DNA of 63,934 nucleotides, counting the filler, from Octopus bimaculoides (Eukaryota), in assembly GCF_001194135.2 (NCBI RefSeq). It is 5 parts of 4 records of this genome, joined end to end, with 100 filler letters (N's around TTAATTAATTAA, not from the genome) between each part and the next. Parts side by side here need not be neighbours in the genome. Positions count along the whole stretch, not along the records: positions 1 to 20,590 come from NC_068981.1; 4 more parts are not named here. The stretch is one strand, 5' to 3'. Below are positions 1 to 12,619 of this stretch, in pieces (within the stretch, counting starts at the first letter, position 1; every line of letters begins with the position of its first letter). The position numbers and the translations under genes were made by a program. The notes under the pieces are model-generated. The model did no database searches, had not been told where the DNA came from, and worked only from the letters and a program-made list of their open reading frames with translations.

Positions 1-335
1 TTTACTAGATTTTCTATTATAGCCCTAGGATGGTTACTTGATTTACTTATATACTGTAGGTTTGTTAGGGGTTTGTGGTATGGTCTATATGTTTTATTCT
101 TCATATCTAATGTTACATCTAGGAAATTTGCTACTGAGACATCATCTTCGTAAACTATACCCATCCCCATTCTGCTGAAAAATCTGGCCAGCCTACCCTT
201 AATTCTCTGTAGTTCCTGGTTTGAGCAATTCCTAACATATAACAGGCAGTCGTCTCTATACAAACCCCCCCTAACCCTAGGGAATTGATCATTTAATTCA
301 TAGAGGATAAATGATCCCACCATATCAGCTATTTG
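1..335 (-). mobile_element. Penelope-like element RT fragment (palm/thumb), one frameshift
   Basis: Manual minus-strand translation gives QIADMVGSFILYELNDQFPRVRGGLYRDDCLF/YVRNCSNQELQRIKGRLARFFSRMGMGIVYEDDVSVANFLDVTLDMKNKTYRPYHKPLTNLQYISKSSNHPRAIIENLV. It aligns by eye to the PLE ORFs at 38792-39164 (YRDD; NFL.VTLD; PYHKP; SNHP). Not in the ORF track. Confidence 0.85.
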
Positions 336-461
336 ATTCAGTAGAAGTAACAGTGTGACTGTCAGGCTTTGACTCACACTCTTACTTCTGCTAAATATTA
401 ATAAAAAATATACTCATATTTAGAGTTCTATATTTCCTGTTTGAATCAACGTACCTGTTTG

Positions 462-514
<53 letters not shown>

Positions 515-1267
515 TATTTATATATACATATATATATATATACTCACACGTGTATATATAATATAATATATATACATATGCTTATGTGCGAATACGTATG
601 ACTATTAGTATTTAAATAATAAATTAACGGTATTGTTATCAAACCTGAAGCAACTTTAGATTTATATTAGCGGGTAAATGGGAATATATGAACTGAACAT
701 ATTTCATACGAACATTAGTCATGTAGGCGTAATAGAGAGAGATCGAGCCAAGATTCTGAACGAAGTTTCAAGCTTGATTAGGCAATGACTTACCACACTA
801 ACTCTGATAATCTAAGAAAAGCATCGAAGTTTTTACAATCAGCTTGTCATTAACCGTGTATAATTCTTCCTCATGGTGATTGTGTGAGCTTGCTCAAGTT
901 ATTTTTAGTTTGACTTAGTGTAAAGTTTTCTGAATAACAAATACCATTAATACATACATACATACATAGAAAGACAAATACATCTACACACACACACATC
1001 CATACATATATAGATATACATGCATATATACATACATACATAGAAAGACAAATACATCTACACACACACACATCCATANNNNNNNNNNNNNNNNNNNNNN
1101 NNNNNNNNNNNNNNNNNNNNNNNNNNNNNNNNNNNNNNNNNNNNNNNNNNNNNNNNNNNNNNNNNNNNNNNNNNNNNNNNNNNNNNNNNNNNNNNNNNNN
1201 NNNNNNNNNNNNNNNNNNNNNNNNNNNNNNNNNNNNNNNNNNNNNNNNNNNNNNNNNNNNNNNNNNA

Positions 1268-1338
1268 TTGATAGATTGATAGATAGGTATAGATAGATAA
1301 ATGGATGGATAGATAGATAGATAGATAGATAGACAGAC

Positions 1339-1400
<62 letters not shown>
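1268..1400 (+). repeat. (GATA)n microsatellite
   Basis: Direct inspection. Confidence 0.95.
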
Positions 1401-1401
<1 letters not shown>

Positions 1402-1744
1402 CTGACAAACGCATGGATGGTCAGACAGAGCACAGACAAATAGGCCAAATAGACAGTGAATATGTGAATATATTCATATCTTCTCGCATGTTTAAAATGA
1501 GATCAATAGATCACTGCTCGGCGGGAGAAATTATACGTATATATAATGCTTCTGGTTTATAATCGAATTCCATACACGAACATGGTAGTAATTAAAATAA
1601 TTATTTCTTAAATTGAAATAAGGTCATAGATTTATCGGTAAAGGGTATAGCCTATTGAATCGACCTTAGAACATTATATATTTTATGGCACGCCATCGGG
1701 AATGTTTGTGTTTGGTCGTTCGGTCTCTTAATGGTTTTTACTGA

Positions 1745-1865
1745 TTTTGGCACAAGGCCAGCAATTTTGTCGGGAGGGTATGCCGACTATATCGACCCCA
1801 GTGCTCAAATGTTACATATTTCGTTGACCCTGAAAGGCAAAGTCGACCTTTAGCAGCATTTGCAT
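1745..1865 (-). mobile_element. tRNA-derived SINE family B, partial
   Basis: ggcacaaggccagcaatttt...atcgaccccagtgctc...aaaggcaaagtcgacct; same sequence as copies at 5085, 9757, 14835 and the reverse of 45087. Confidence 0.75.
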
Positions 1866-2125
1866 TTTGGCCTCTTAATATTAGTAGCTAAATCTGCATG
1901 AAATTACACAACACTATCAGATTACATAATATGTTTTTAAAATAACGGCTTGATAATCATGGCTGGAGCTTCTTTCGTGATAGTTCTTCCTGATTATGGT
2001 TGATTTGGAGTTGTGAAAATGATAAAAACAACATATTTTATGGAGCTGAGTCGATGCGAAGTTAAGGTTAACCCTGAAACACTAATGAGTAAAAGCAAGC
2101 GCAGTTCTGAAATTTATAGATTTTC

Positions 2126-2181
<56 letters not shown>

Positions 2182-2236
2182 TAATAATGACGACGACGAC
2201 GACGACGACGATGATGATGATGATGATGATGATGAT
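2126..2236 (+). repeat. Compound trinucleotide microsatellite (AAT)n(GAC)n(GAT)n
   Basis: Direct inspection; explains the poly-I/T/M and poly-S/L ORFs. Confidence 0.95.
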
Positions 2237-2237
2237 A

Positions 2238-3120
2238 AACACATTAACAACCACGACTTCCAAGAATTCTTCAGAGGTTGTGGGTAGCAGATGTGCTGCC
2301 TAACTTGTGGAACAAGTCCATTCAACAGGAAACCGAAGAGAAGTCTTTCCAATTTGGTCAAGCAAAACTAGACCTTGATCAATTAAAGATGTCTGTCCAT
2401 TTAACGTCCCAAGACGACGTCCTACAACATTGACTTCACTCTCCAGGTGCCGAGTTGCAAGCCTATCAATTATCTGATTTGATCGTTGCTTCTGCCTTCG
2501 CCTCGTATTCCTTTAGCATGTCGCTCACTATTTGCATTTCTGTGGTGTCTGAGACCATTAAAGTGATATCGTTCGCATACTATGACACAATCCTTTCCCG
2601 TTCCTGTTCGAAATGGTTGCTCCTCAATATCTCTTGTCTTCATTGTTGTGATTCGAGCGCCAGCATTTATAGAAATATAGAAAATACAAGAGAAGACACC
2701 TCTGACTGGATCCCGAAACGGTCCAGAAAGCTGGCCGTTGACACCGGGCGCCGAACAGATCCTATTGTAAATTGCTGCGATTCAGCTCCCGACAACTTAT
2801 CGAAACCAGCGGGTTTGAGAATAACTGTCAAGTAATGATATGCGACCTTATCAATTAATCCAAATTGATCAGGGCCCCACTGGAGCCAAATTTCTAACTA
2901 ATCCTCCATTATTATGTATGGCCTAGAATGAAAATTGTCGTGGATGTTTGTTTGGTATCGCGCTTATTTGCGCCTAGTCAACGAAACTATCAACGAGCGG
3001 CGCGTCTCTCTTTGCCAGTGCCATGGCCTAAATCTTAACCTCTGCATTCAGTAGAGTTTTGGACCGGGAATGATCGACTATGTCCAGACATCATTTCTCA
3101 AAAGGGATTCTATTTCCAAC
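2238..3120 (-). mobile_element. Decayed L1/Tx1-clade LINE reverse transcriptase
   Basis: Minus-strand translation with stops and frameshifts: SKTLLNAEVKI*AMALAKR, AQISAIP, GALINLD, DKVAYHYLTVILKPAGF, *YANDITLMVSD (YADD-like), LKEYEA, GLQLGTWR. These occur in the order of L1/Tx1 RT motifs. Confidence 0.8.
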
Positions 3121-4118
3121 TGGTAGAGCTACACATTCTATTGTGTATCAGACAGAATAAGTTCTTGTCGCCAACGTGATAGCTTCTCATGTTTAATCTT
3201 ATTTATGTGGTTATCTCTAATGTAGAAACAGTTACATTCTGATTAGTCACTAGCAGACATCTTTTACCTAAAAAAAATGGGGCGTGCCACCTTTTCACAG
3301 CTTCAAACATTGTATAAGCCTCTTTTACTAACACAGAACGATTTTTCTCGTTAGAATTTAATGATAGTTAAAGAATGCTACAAACTTCCCATATTGATTA
3401 AGAGTAGCTCATAAGACGGCGACAAATATACACATTTTGATGGTAAACTGCATATGCTTGTCTATTTTAGTTTCGGCTAATACCGAGACAGCTGTTCCAA
3501 AGTCATTGATTGCCATTACTAGTTTTCCTGAGAGCAGAAAATGAACATTGATTAGAGCTCTTATTATTTCAGAGAAGCGAGGAACACATCAAGTATAATA
3601 AGTGAATAGATCAATCATACGAGATAAGATTAGTTTATTAAGAGACACGATAATTTCTTTCATTCAAATTAAAATTGAGTGGTTGTTAGCGCTAATTTGA
3701 TAACGTAGAATACAAATGTATTTACTTGAAAATTTACATTTATCGTTATTCAATGTCGATTTACGAGTAACTTTTAAGAATTGAGATAAATTTTTCTATG
3801 TTTTACGTCTTACAACTTATCGTCATATCATCAATGTAGGTTACCTGTTTTTCAGTTTGTTTTCACAAATAAGACATCGTCTCTGCTGTTGTCTATTAGT
3901 GTATGCTCCTGGCTGTTTCTATACTGGAAAACGAGGTAACAACAGTAGTAACGATAATAAGGGCCAGCATATTCAATACACAATGTGTAACAAAGAGGCT
4001 ACTGAACTTGTAGGGATGTACAAATACACGCTTGCACATGTGTATATACATACTTAGACAACAGTAGTATGAGCGCAATTACTTTTTTCCAATATATTAA
4101 GACATACTAATAATTGAG

Positions 4119-4122
<4 letters not shown>

Positions 4123-4209
<87 letters not shown>
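4123..4209 (+). repeat. (CA)n microsatellite running into a gap
   Basis: Direct inspection. Confidence 0.95.
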
Positions 4210-5084
4210 NNNNNNNNNNNNNNNNNNNNNNNNNNNNNNNNNNNNNNNNNNNNNNNNNNNNNNNNNNNNNNNNNNNNNNNNNNNNNNNNNNNNNNNNNNN
4301 NNNNNNNNNNNNNNNNNNNNNNNNNNNNNNNNNNNNNNNNNNNNNNNNNNNNNNNNNNNNNNNNNNNNNNNNNNNNNNNNNNNNNNNNNNNNNNNNNNNN
4401 NNNNNNNNNNNNNNNNNNNNNNNNNNNNNNNNNNNNNNNNNNNNNNNNNNNNNNNNNNNNNNNNNNNNNNNNNNNNNNNNNNNNNNNNNNNNNNNNNNNN
4501 NNNNNNNNNNNNNNNNNNNNNNNNNNNNNNNNNNNNNNNNNNNNNNNNNNNNNNNNNNNNNNNNNNNNNNNNNNNNNNNNNNNNNNNNNNNNNNNNNNNN
4601 NNNNNNNNNNNNNNNNNNNNNNNNNNNNNNNNNNNNNNNNNNNNNNNNNNNNNNNNNNNNNNNNNNNNNNNNNNNNNNNNNNNNNNNNNNNNNNNNNNNT
4701 ATATATGTATATATATATAATACAAAAATGGGACAGAACGCAAAACATCCAGACAGTTAGGTGATACAAAAAGGGACAACAAAACATCCAGATAGACAAT
4801 ACAAAGAAAATATGGACGGCTCATTCGGAGTTTTCTTTCCTGTGTGTATGTATGTATGTTTGTATATACATACAAACATACATACACACATGTATGTATG
4901 TATGTATGTACTTTATTAATAACAGTTTTGTAACAGTTTTGTGATGTCTTTGCAGCTTTATTAATAAAGCATATTACTGTACCTCCAGTATACGAGTACA
5001 ATTTTTAACCCACTTTGTTTCACATTTATATGCTTACTCTGGTATTATATATATATATATATATATATAATGGTTTGAAAAGGT

Positions 5085-5297
5085 TTCAAATTTTGCCACA
5101 AGGGCAGCAATTTTGGGGGAGGGGATGAATCGATTACATTGACCCCAGTGTCCAATTGTTACTTATTTTATCGATCCTGAAAGGATGAAAAGCAAAGTCG
5201 ACCTCGGGGGAATTTGAACTAAGAACGTAATGACGGGCGAAATGCCGCTAAGCGTTTTACCCGGTGGGTTAGCGATTCTGTCAGCGCGCTGCCTTAA
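5085..5297 (-). mobile_element. tRNA-derived SINE family B, near full length
   Basis: Reverse complement starts aaggcagcgcgctgacagaatcgctaa (A-box-like), has a B-box-like agttcaaatt and the core gctttTCATCCTTTCAGGATCGATAAAATAAG. Confidence 0.8.
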
Positions 5298-6278
5298 TGT
5301 AGCTATAAATAATAACACGTAAATACTTGACTGACAAACGCTTTTGAATTAGAATCCGGTCTACTGATGAGACTCGAACCCACATCTGTAAACATGACAC
5401 GTGTTCTATTATTGTACCAAAGCGTTCTTTCGAATTTCTCTATCCATTTTAGAAACTTTGTTCTTGTCAACGAAAATTGTATGTCATTGACATCACAAAG
5501 AATGATAAACATACTAGAGAACGAAGAATAATTCTTTTTGGGGAATTGCTTCTCGAAATACATATAGAGCTATAAATAAAAGCATGTAAATACTTATGAT
5601 GTCACCAACAAGCAATTCAACTGGTAAGAATTAAGTTTCATATATACATATACATATATATATACATATATATATATANNNNNNNNNNNNNNNNNNNNNN
5701 NNNNNNNNNNNNNNNNNNNNNNNNNNNNNNNNNNNNNNNNNNNNNNNNNNNNNNNNNNNNNNNNNNNNNNNNNNNNNNNNNNNNNNNNNNNNNNNNNNNN
5801 NNNNNNNNNNNNNNNNNNNNNNNNNNNNNNNNNNNNNNNNNNNNNNNNNNNNNNNNNNNNNNNNNNNNNNNNNNNNNNNNNNNNNNNNNNNNNNNNNNNN
5901 NNNNNNNNNNNNNNNNNNNNNNNNNNNNNNNNNNNNNNNNNNNNNNNNNNNNNNNNNNNNNNNNNNNNNNNNNNNNNNNNNNNNNNNNNNNNNNNNNNNN
6001 NNNNNNNNNNNNNNNNNNNNNNNNNNNNNNNNNNNNNNNNNNNNNNNNNNNNNNNNNNNNNNNNNNNNNNNNNNNNNNNNNNNNNNNNNNNNNNNNNNNN
6101 NNNNNNNNNNNNNNNNNNNNNNNNNNNNNNNNNNNNNNNNNNNNNNNNNNNNNNNNNNNNNNNNNNNNNNNNNNNNNNNNNNNNNNNNNNNNNNNNNNNN
6201 NNNNNNNNNNNNNNNNNNNNNNNNNNNNNNNNNNNNNNNNNNNNNNNNNNNNNNNNNNNNNNNNNNNNNNNNNNNNNN

Positions 6279-6354
<76 letters not shown>

Positions 6355-7034
6355 CACACACACATACGCTCGTAAATTGTCCAAAGACCCATCTTATGAC
6401 TCTTTTGTCAAAGTAACGACTGATTACACGCTCATAATTACTCGGTCTGTCTTATGCAACCGCACAGCCATATTGTCATGGAAATTTTACATTTAGGCTC
6501 CGTTGCCTGTTATACACCAAACTGAGAAAATACGTTTTAGATATACCCACGTAACACTTGGCATCGTTTTTGTGTTTGGTTGATAAACATCACTGTAATT
6601 TACAAGACGCATTTTTTTTTTTATCCATTCCGCCCCCAATCCATTTTTATCAGCTTTTCTTTACCACTTTTAAAAATTACGTAATTTAAAAATTACGTAT
6701 ATTTTTTATATATACATTTATTTTTTCAAACTTATTTTTATTGCCCGTATTTTTTCATCAGATAAAAACATTTTAATCATCTATATTTTAACATTGATCA
6801 GCTATTACCAGCTCTTCTGTGTCCATCGTCCCATATTTTCTTTTAATATGTATTTTTCATCAGTTTTACATTCCAACGTACACTTCACCAGTTTTACATT
6901 ACAATCTCACAGATTGTATTTGTAATGTGGGAGATAGCTGACTGATTTCTTTTTCTGAAATCCTAGCTTATCCACAGTGTTGCTTCAGCATTTACTTACG
7001 AAACGAAGGGCACCAATATTATTGGTATAAATGT

Positions 7035-7366
7035 GAAGGTGCATGGCTCAGTGGTTACAGCATCGGGCTCGCAATCAGGAGGTAGCGAGTTTGATTCCCG
7101 GACCGGGCTGTGTGTTGTATTCTTGATCAAGACACTTTATTTCACGTTGTTCCAGTTCACTCAACGGAAGAAATGAGTTGCAACGTCACTGGTGCCAAGC
7201 TGTATCGGCCTTTACCTTTCCCCTGGATAACATCGGTAGCGTGGAGAAGAGAGATTGATATGCATGGGTGACTGCTGGTCTTCCATAGACGACCTTGCCT
7301 AGACTTGTGTCTTGGAGGGAAACTTTCTAAGTGCAATCCCATGGTCATTCATGACCGAAAGGGGTC
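7035..7366 (+). mobile_element. tRNA-derived SINE family D, full length
   Basis: A-box tggctcagtggtt, B-box gagtttgattccc; 3' end ...gtgcaatcccatggtcattcatgaccgaaaggggtc with a GGTCA-TTCA-TGACC hairpin. Confidence 0.85.
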
Positions 7367-8639
7367 ATTCTCTAAATATGAATGAATAATTTGGATATAC
7401 GAGCAAGAGGTTTCGGAGCAGTTATCCCTAGTTGTCCTCCTATTCTTTTGTTTTTAAAAGTGACAGTCACATTAGCAGGGAAACTAATATCTACGATAAT
7501 CCATACATTTTTCTTGTCTGTCCCCCAAAAACACTCACCGGTCTGCTATATTTATACTTGACAGAAGTTTTGATGGGAATAGTTTATCAGTATTCCTCGT
7601 GTTGATATTTGTGTATATGTTCAATAACATCTATATTTATTCCAGGACATTCTTTTGCTTGTTTGTATGTATGTATGCATGTATGTATGTATGTATGCAT
7701 GCATGCATGTATGTATGTATTCATGTATGTATGTACGTATGTATGTATGTATGCATGTATGCATGTATGTATGTACCTATGTATGTATGCATGCATGTAT
7801 GTATTTGTTTGTGTGTATGTATGCATGCATGAATGCGTATATGTATGTATGTTTGTATGTATGAATGAATGCATGCATGATTATATGTATGTACTACGTA
7901 CATACGTATATGTGTGTATGTGGGACTATATATGTGTGTGTCAAAACATTAAAATCTTTTTACATGTTCATACGCTCCGTAACAATAAATCAAACAGTTT
8001 ATANNNNNNNNNNNNNNNNNNNNNNNNNNNNNNNNNNNNNNNNNNNNNNNNNNNNNNNNNNNNNNNNNNNNNNNNNNNNNNNNNNNNNNNNNNNNNNNNN
8101 NNNNNNNNNNNNNNNNNNNNNNNNNNNNNNNNNNNNNNNNNNNNNNNNNNNNNNNNNNNNNNNNNNNNNNNNNNNNNNNNNNNNNNNNNNNNNNNNNNNN
8201 NNNNNNNNNNNNNNNNNNNGCGTACATATGTGATATATAAGCAATATGAATGTCTCCAATATGTAATCCCAACGTTATTTTATGGTCAGACATTTTCGTG
8301 GTTTCTTTTCATAGCAATGTCTACACTGGCAAATTAACTCCAGAATTCATTAACATCTCTAGATCGGATATATTAGTATTAAAGTACATAGTAGTGAAGG
8401 TATGAGCTTCTAATAAACTGGATTACATTCTAAATTCGTAATGAGTCACCTTTTATTTCCTTCTTGTTCATGAAATTTTTTGTGCCATAACATGCAAAAT
8501 GCACACAAACATATATATCGCAATAGTTGCGTTATTAAGCCTTACTCGTACTTTAACCGAAAGTTGGAATGACTTCAGCTAACGTTGACTTCTAAACAAC
8601 AACAATAACAGAGGGATCATGCAATCTATAGGACCTTTT

Positions 8640-8877
8640 CTCTCGCTTGTTTCTGTCATTTGACTGTGGCCTTGGTGGGACGCAATCTTTAAGGGCTTGG
8701 TCGAACAAATCCCCCCACCCAGTACGAATTTTAAGTCAGATACTTGTTCTGTCGGTTCCTTTTGCCGAACCGCTATATAACAGGAACTTAAACAAACTAA
8801 CAACTGTTGTCAAGCAGTCGTGAGGACACACACACATACACACACACACACACACACAAATACACACACACACTATA

Positions 8878-8918
<41 letters not shown>

Positions 8919-9130
8919 ATATTTATATATATATACTCTCTCTCTCACACACACAAACGTGATGAGCTTCCACACATACTCCTTTCTCCGTCCACCAAAT
9001 TCACTTGCAAGGTAATGATCGTCTCGGGGCTATAATAGAAGACACATGCCCAATGTGCTGCTCAGTGCGACCGAACTCGAGACCACATGGTTTCGAAGCA
9101 AGCTTCTTAACCACACAAGCATGTCTTCGT
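8640..9130 (-). mobile_element. tRNA-derived SINE family A, full length with internal microsatellite
   Basis: Head at about 8990-9130 (reverse: gcttgtgtggttaagaagcttgc...gagttcgg), internal (CA)/(TA)/(CT) tract at about 8825-8955, body and tail at about 8640-8820 (reverse: ...cagtcaaatgacagaaacaagcgag). Confidence 0.75.
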
Positions 9131-9182
9131 CATCTGATAGACATACAGACTTCCTATTGCTTAACGGCTATTCATTATTGGT

Positions 9183-9563
9183 GGAGGCGCAATGGCCCAG
9201 TGGTTAGGGCAGTGGACTCGCGGTCATAGGATCGCGGTTTCCATTCCCAGACCGGGCGTTGTGAGTGTTTATTGACCGAAAACACCTAAAAGTTCCACGA
9301 GGTTCCGGCAGGGGATGGTGGTGAACCCTGCTGTACGCTTTCACCACAACTTTCTCTCACTCTTACTTCCTGTTTCTGTTGTGCCTGTACTTCAAAGGGT
9401 CAGCCTTGTCACACTATGTCACGCTGAATATCCCCGAGAGCTACGTTCAGGGTACACGTGTCTGTGGAGTGCTCAGTCACTTGCACGTTAATTTCACGAG
9501 CAGGCTGTTCCGTTGATCGGATCAACTAGAACCCTCGACGTCGTAAGCGACGGAGTGCCAACA
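9183..9563 (+). mobile_element. tRNA-derived SINE family C, full length
   Basis: ggaggcgcaaTGGCCCAGTGGTTAGggcag (A-box) ... cggtttccattccc (degenerate B-box), followed by about 300 bp of body. Confidence 0.8.
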
Positions 9564-9756
9564 ATTCCTTATTGACACGTGATACTGGATTTGCTGATTT
9601 TATTAAATGATCTCCAGTTAATATATGTATTTTTCATTCCTTTACTTTAAAAAAAAAAAATCTGTGACTGTGTTTAAGAATAAACGTCAGCGAAAGACGC
9701 TCAAATTTGAGCCGAAAATCCGAGTAATAAATAGCTAGTCGATTAGTTGCAATTTG

Positions 9757-9925
9757 GTTTCAAATTTCCGGTACAAGGCCAGCAGTTTCAGAGGAGAAGG
9801 TAGATCGATTACATTTTCCTCCAGTACTCCACTGGTTCTTATTTTATCGACCTTGAAATGAAGACGGATGAAATGCCGCTAAACGTTTTGCCCGGAATGC
9901 TAACGACTCTGCCAGTTCACCGCCA
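9757..9925 (-). mobile_element. SINE family B, internally deleted
   Basis: ggtttcaaatttccggtacaaggccagc...tattttatcgacc...gaaatgccgctaa...gactctgccagttcaccgcc. Confidence 0.75.
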
Positions 9926-10269
9926 TATTTCATAGTTGTAATATTAACTACACACTTCTCCTCGTATTGCGTATTTTGTCTTCCATTCTTTACTACTAAT
10001 ACATAGACATATACATATGTGTATATACANNNNNNNNNNNNNNNNNNNNNNNNNNNNNNNNNNNNNNNNNNNNNNNNNNNNNNNNNNNNNNNNNNNNNNN
10101 NNNNNNNNNNNNNNNNNNNNNNNNNNNNNACATACATTTATAAACAGAGTTGGAGGAGACATGTGGGATGGAGAGTCGCTGAAGAGGTCACAGGATATGT
10201 GACGAAAGATTTTAGACAAAAGACACTAAAATAAGAACAATAATAAAGCTGAAATGAAGAAGGAGAATA

Positions 10270-11005
10270 GAGTGCTGGGGATGAAGGTGTGTAACGTGTG
10301 ATCGTCGCATTGACCATGACAGAGAAAGTTGTCATGGCGATACCTGCTCAGAGGCAAAGTGGTAGAAATTTTATGGAGAGGAGTGAATGAGCTGCATACA
10401 AGTGTACGAGCGGTTCAGACTTTTCCAAGATGGCCGAAGAATGTCGATATTGACGAACATCATGGGAGACCCGCAACCGGCAGAACTGAAAAAAACATCG
10501 CATATGTGCGTGCAGCTGTGAGGGGAAATCGTCGAATCACCATCCGTGAGTTATCAGAGGATGTACAGATTAGTTATGGCTCACTTCAGTCCTTTGTCAC
10601 TGAAGATTTCAGTATGAGACGCGGGTTAGCTAAGTTTGTGCCAAAACTGCTTTCGACAGACCAAAAACACACTCGGGTTTCAGTTGCACAAGATTTTGAT
10701 TGTATCGAGAACAATGCAAACTTTTTGAAAACTTTGCGTTGGCAACTGAACAGGTATCCCCCAGCTTTTGCCAACATTTGATGCAGATTCTCTGCTCAAC
10801 TTTCTCTGTCATGGTGAATGCGACGATCACACGCTACACACCTTCCTTCTAAGCACTGCTGTAAACGGCAGAAATAAGCTAGAAGGTTAAAGCTTAATAT
10901 GCATGAACAGCAAAGTTCAAAGCAATTTGTGCCAAGTGGCTTTACTCTGCATGCTTTAGCTTCGTTACTGTAGCAACAGTCCGGATACTTATTGATCAGA
11001 CCACG
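10270..11005 (+). mobile_element. Non-autonomous mariner derivative with inverted 5' ends (copy 1; left arm truncated)
   Basis: ORF 10329-10781 encodes mariner N-terminal motifs (GRP, RRITIRELSE, AKFVPKLL). 10760-11005 is an inverted copy of the element's 5' end, ending ...ttattgatcagaccacg|TA. Confidence 0.85.
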
Positions 11006-11629
11006 TACTCGTGGGCACATACCAGCACACACCACCACATGTACGCATGTCAGTCAATCACACACGCACACAGCTATACACACATACATAAATACACCTA
11101 CACGCACGGATATATCCCTCAGAGCACAAAGATTCACCCATCCAGACACATACAGAGATCACATCAACACTGCCTCCATTGAATACACGCACGCACGCAC
11201 TCACACAGATACAACTACAGGCCTACTCAAACAGGCACACTCACACTCACACGTAATGCTCACAAGTCACCCCCACATCCACACACTCCATCACACCCAC
11301 ACCACAGGACATACAAATCCAAATGTACGTTAACACCCATAAATATACAAACGCACGTTCGTACACAGATATACTTATGTACATATCAGTACACACCAGA
11401 GACTTCTACTCATCTCCTATATACACGCACAGCCATATAGAAACACGTCAACTCTGCACTTACATGCACACACCCACAAGACTAGCCGGACACGCATGCA
11501 GGCACAGAACAATAAACATCACATGGGGAAAAGCCCACGCACACCTGTTCATGGGCAACTAGCAATGTATGGAATGATGGCATGATGTTCACTGTTCAAT
11601 GTGGATTATGGCAGTTTGGTGTTGTGCTT

Positions 11630-12430
11630 ACAGGGTGGTAATATTTGAAGGTGGCTTTCATGGCATGTAAATAACGTGTTATTGGTTCAGTTAATTTATT
11701 AGTGACTTTTTCCGTAGTAAGCAAGATTGATAGAGATTCTTCAGAACACAATACTCAGGTCCTAGAATGTGTGTTATAGGGCTTTGCATATTTTATAATT
11801 GACCATGAAATCTCATATTTAATCTTGTCGGTTTTCAGTTGCCATAAAATATCCGCCAGTGATGTCACGTGTCTCTTGTTTAGTTTTCTAAAACTAGAAA
11901 AATGATTTCTATATCGATTCTTGAAAAAATCAGCCGTGAAACCAACATACACATAAGAGCCTCCACTCGTGTGAACAGTACATTTATAGACGATGTTACG
12001 AGTCACGCAAAGATTATTCAATGCACAATTAAATTTATTCCTGCAAGAGCACCTATTTATGGCTGTTGTGGTGGCCGGGTGTTTTGTAGTGGTTGTCCTG
12101 TCCTTCCAGTTATGATTGGTAGTGGATTCATGTTGTTGGTGTGTAGGTTCAGTAGGTTCATTGTTATAGGTATACTATTAGTTCTGGATGTTTCAGGGCT
12201 ATCATTTTCTGTGGCTAACTGTTGTTGGTTGTCAGTTATGCCAGGATTGAACGTAAATTCGTTATTTGCGCTTTCAGTGATGGTGCTTTTCAAGGCCTTT
12301 CTAAGTTTAACATTATTTATTCTGTGCATATGTTACCACAAGTTAGAGGTGGTTGCATAGGACACTTTAGATTTATTTATGCTAGTGTTTTGGGGTGTAT
12401 TTTTGTTTAGATGGGAAAATTTATGGTAAG
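11630..12430 (-). mobile_element. Penelope-like element 3' part: post-thumb region, long linker and GIY-YIG endonuclease (pseudogenised)
   Basis: KSKVSYATTSNLW*HMHRINN; CSCRNKFNCALNNLCVTRNIVYKCTV...YVGFTADFFKNRYRNHFSSF...SLADILWQLK...ISWSIIKYAKPYNTHSRT*VLCSEE...NKLTEPI. This is the PLE GIY-YIG pattern. Clade probably Nematis-like (inference). Confidence 0.85.
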
Positions 12431-12561
12431 AATGTGTGTGTATATATATATATGTGTGTGTGTATGTATATATATATATATATACATATATNNNNNNNNN
12501 NNNNNNNNNNNNNNNNNNNNNNNNNNNNNNNNNNNNNNNNNNNNNNNNNNNNNNNNNNNNN

Positions 12562-12602
<41 letters not shown>

Positions 12603-12619
12603 GTATAAACTTGAGTAAC

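Noticed and set aside
793-932. Minus-strand segment with good acceptor and GTAAGT donor
   Set aside because: Stops in all three frames; at most a non-coding exon, unsupported without RNA data.
951-1078. 74-bp tandem duplication next to a gap
   Set aside because: Low-complexity sequence at a contig edge; likely slippage or assembly.
5303-5563. 86-aa minus-strand ORF with DVND (cadherin-like) and plus-strand CTGATGAG..GAAC (hammerhead-like)
   Set aside because: The region contains a tRNA-type B-box (GGTTCGAGTC) and an A-box-like sequence on the minus strand, so it is more likely a SINE-head relic. Stem II of the putative ribozyme cannot form, and DVND lacks the cadherin N.P.F context.
7035-9260. 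tRNA-like A/B boxes
   Set aside because: They are SINE heads that continue into repeat bodies; no complete cloverleaf, so no tRNA gene is called.
11010-11560. His/Thr-rich ORFs; similar tract at about 17400-17720
   Set aside because: Degenerate CA-rich cryptic simple sequence, possibly PLE 3' UTR; no coding evidence.
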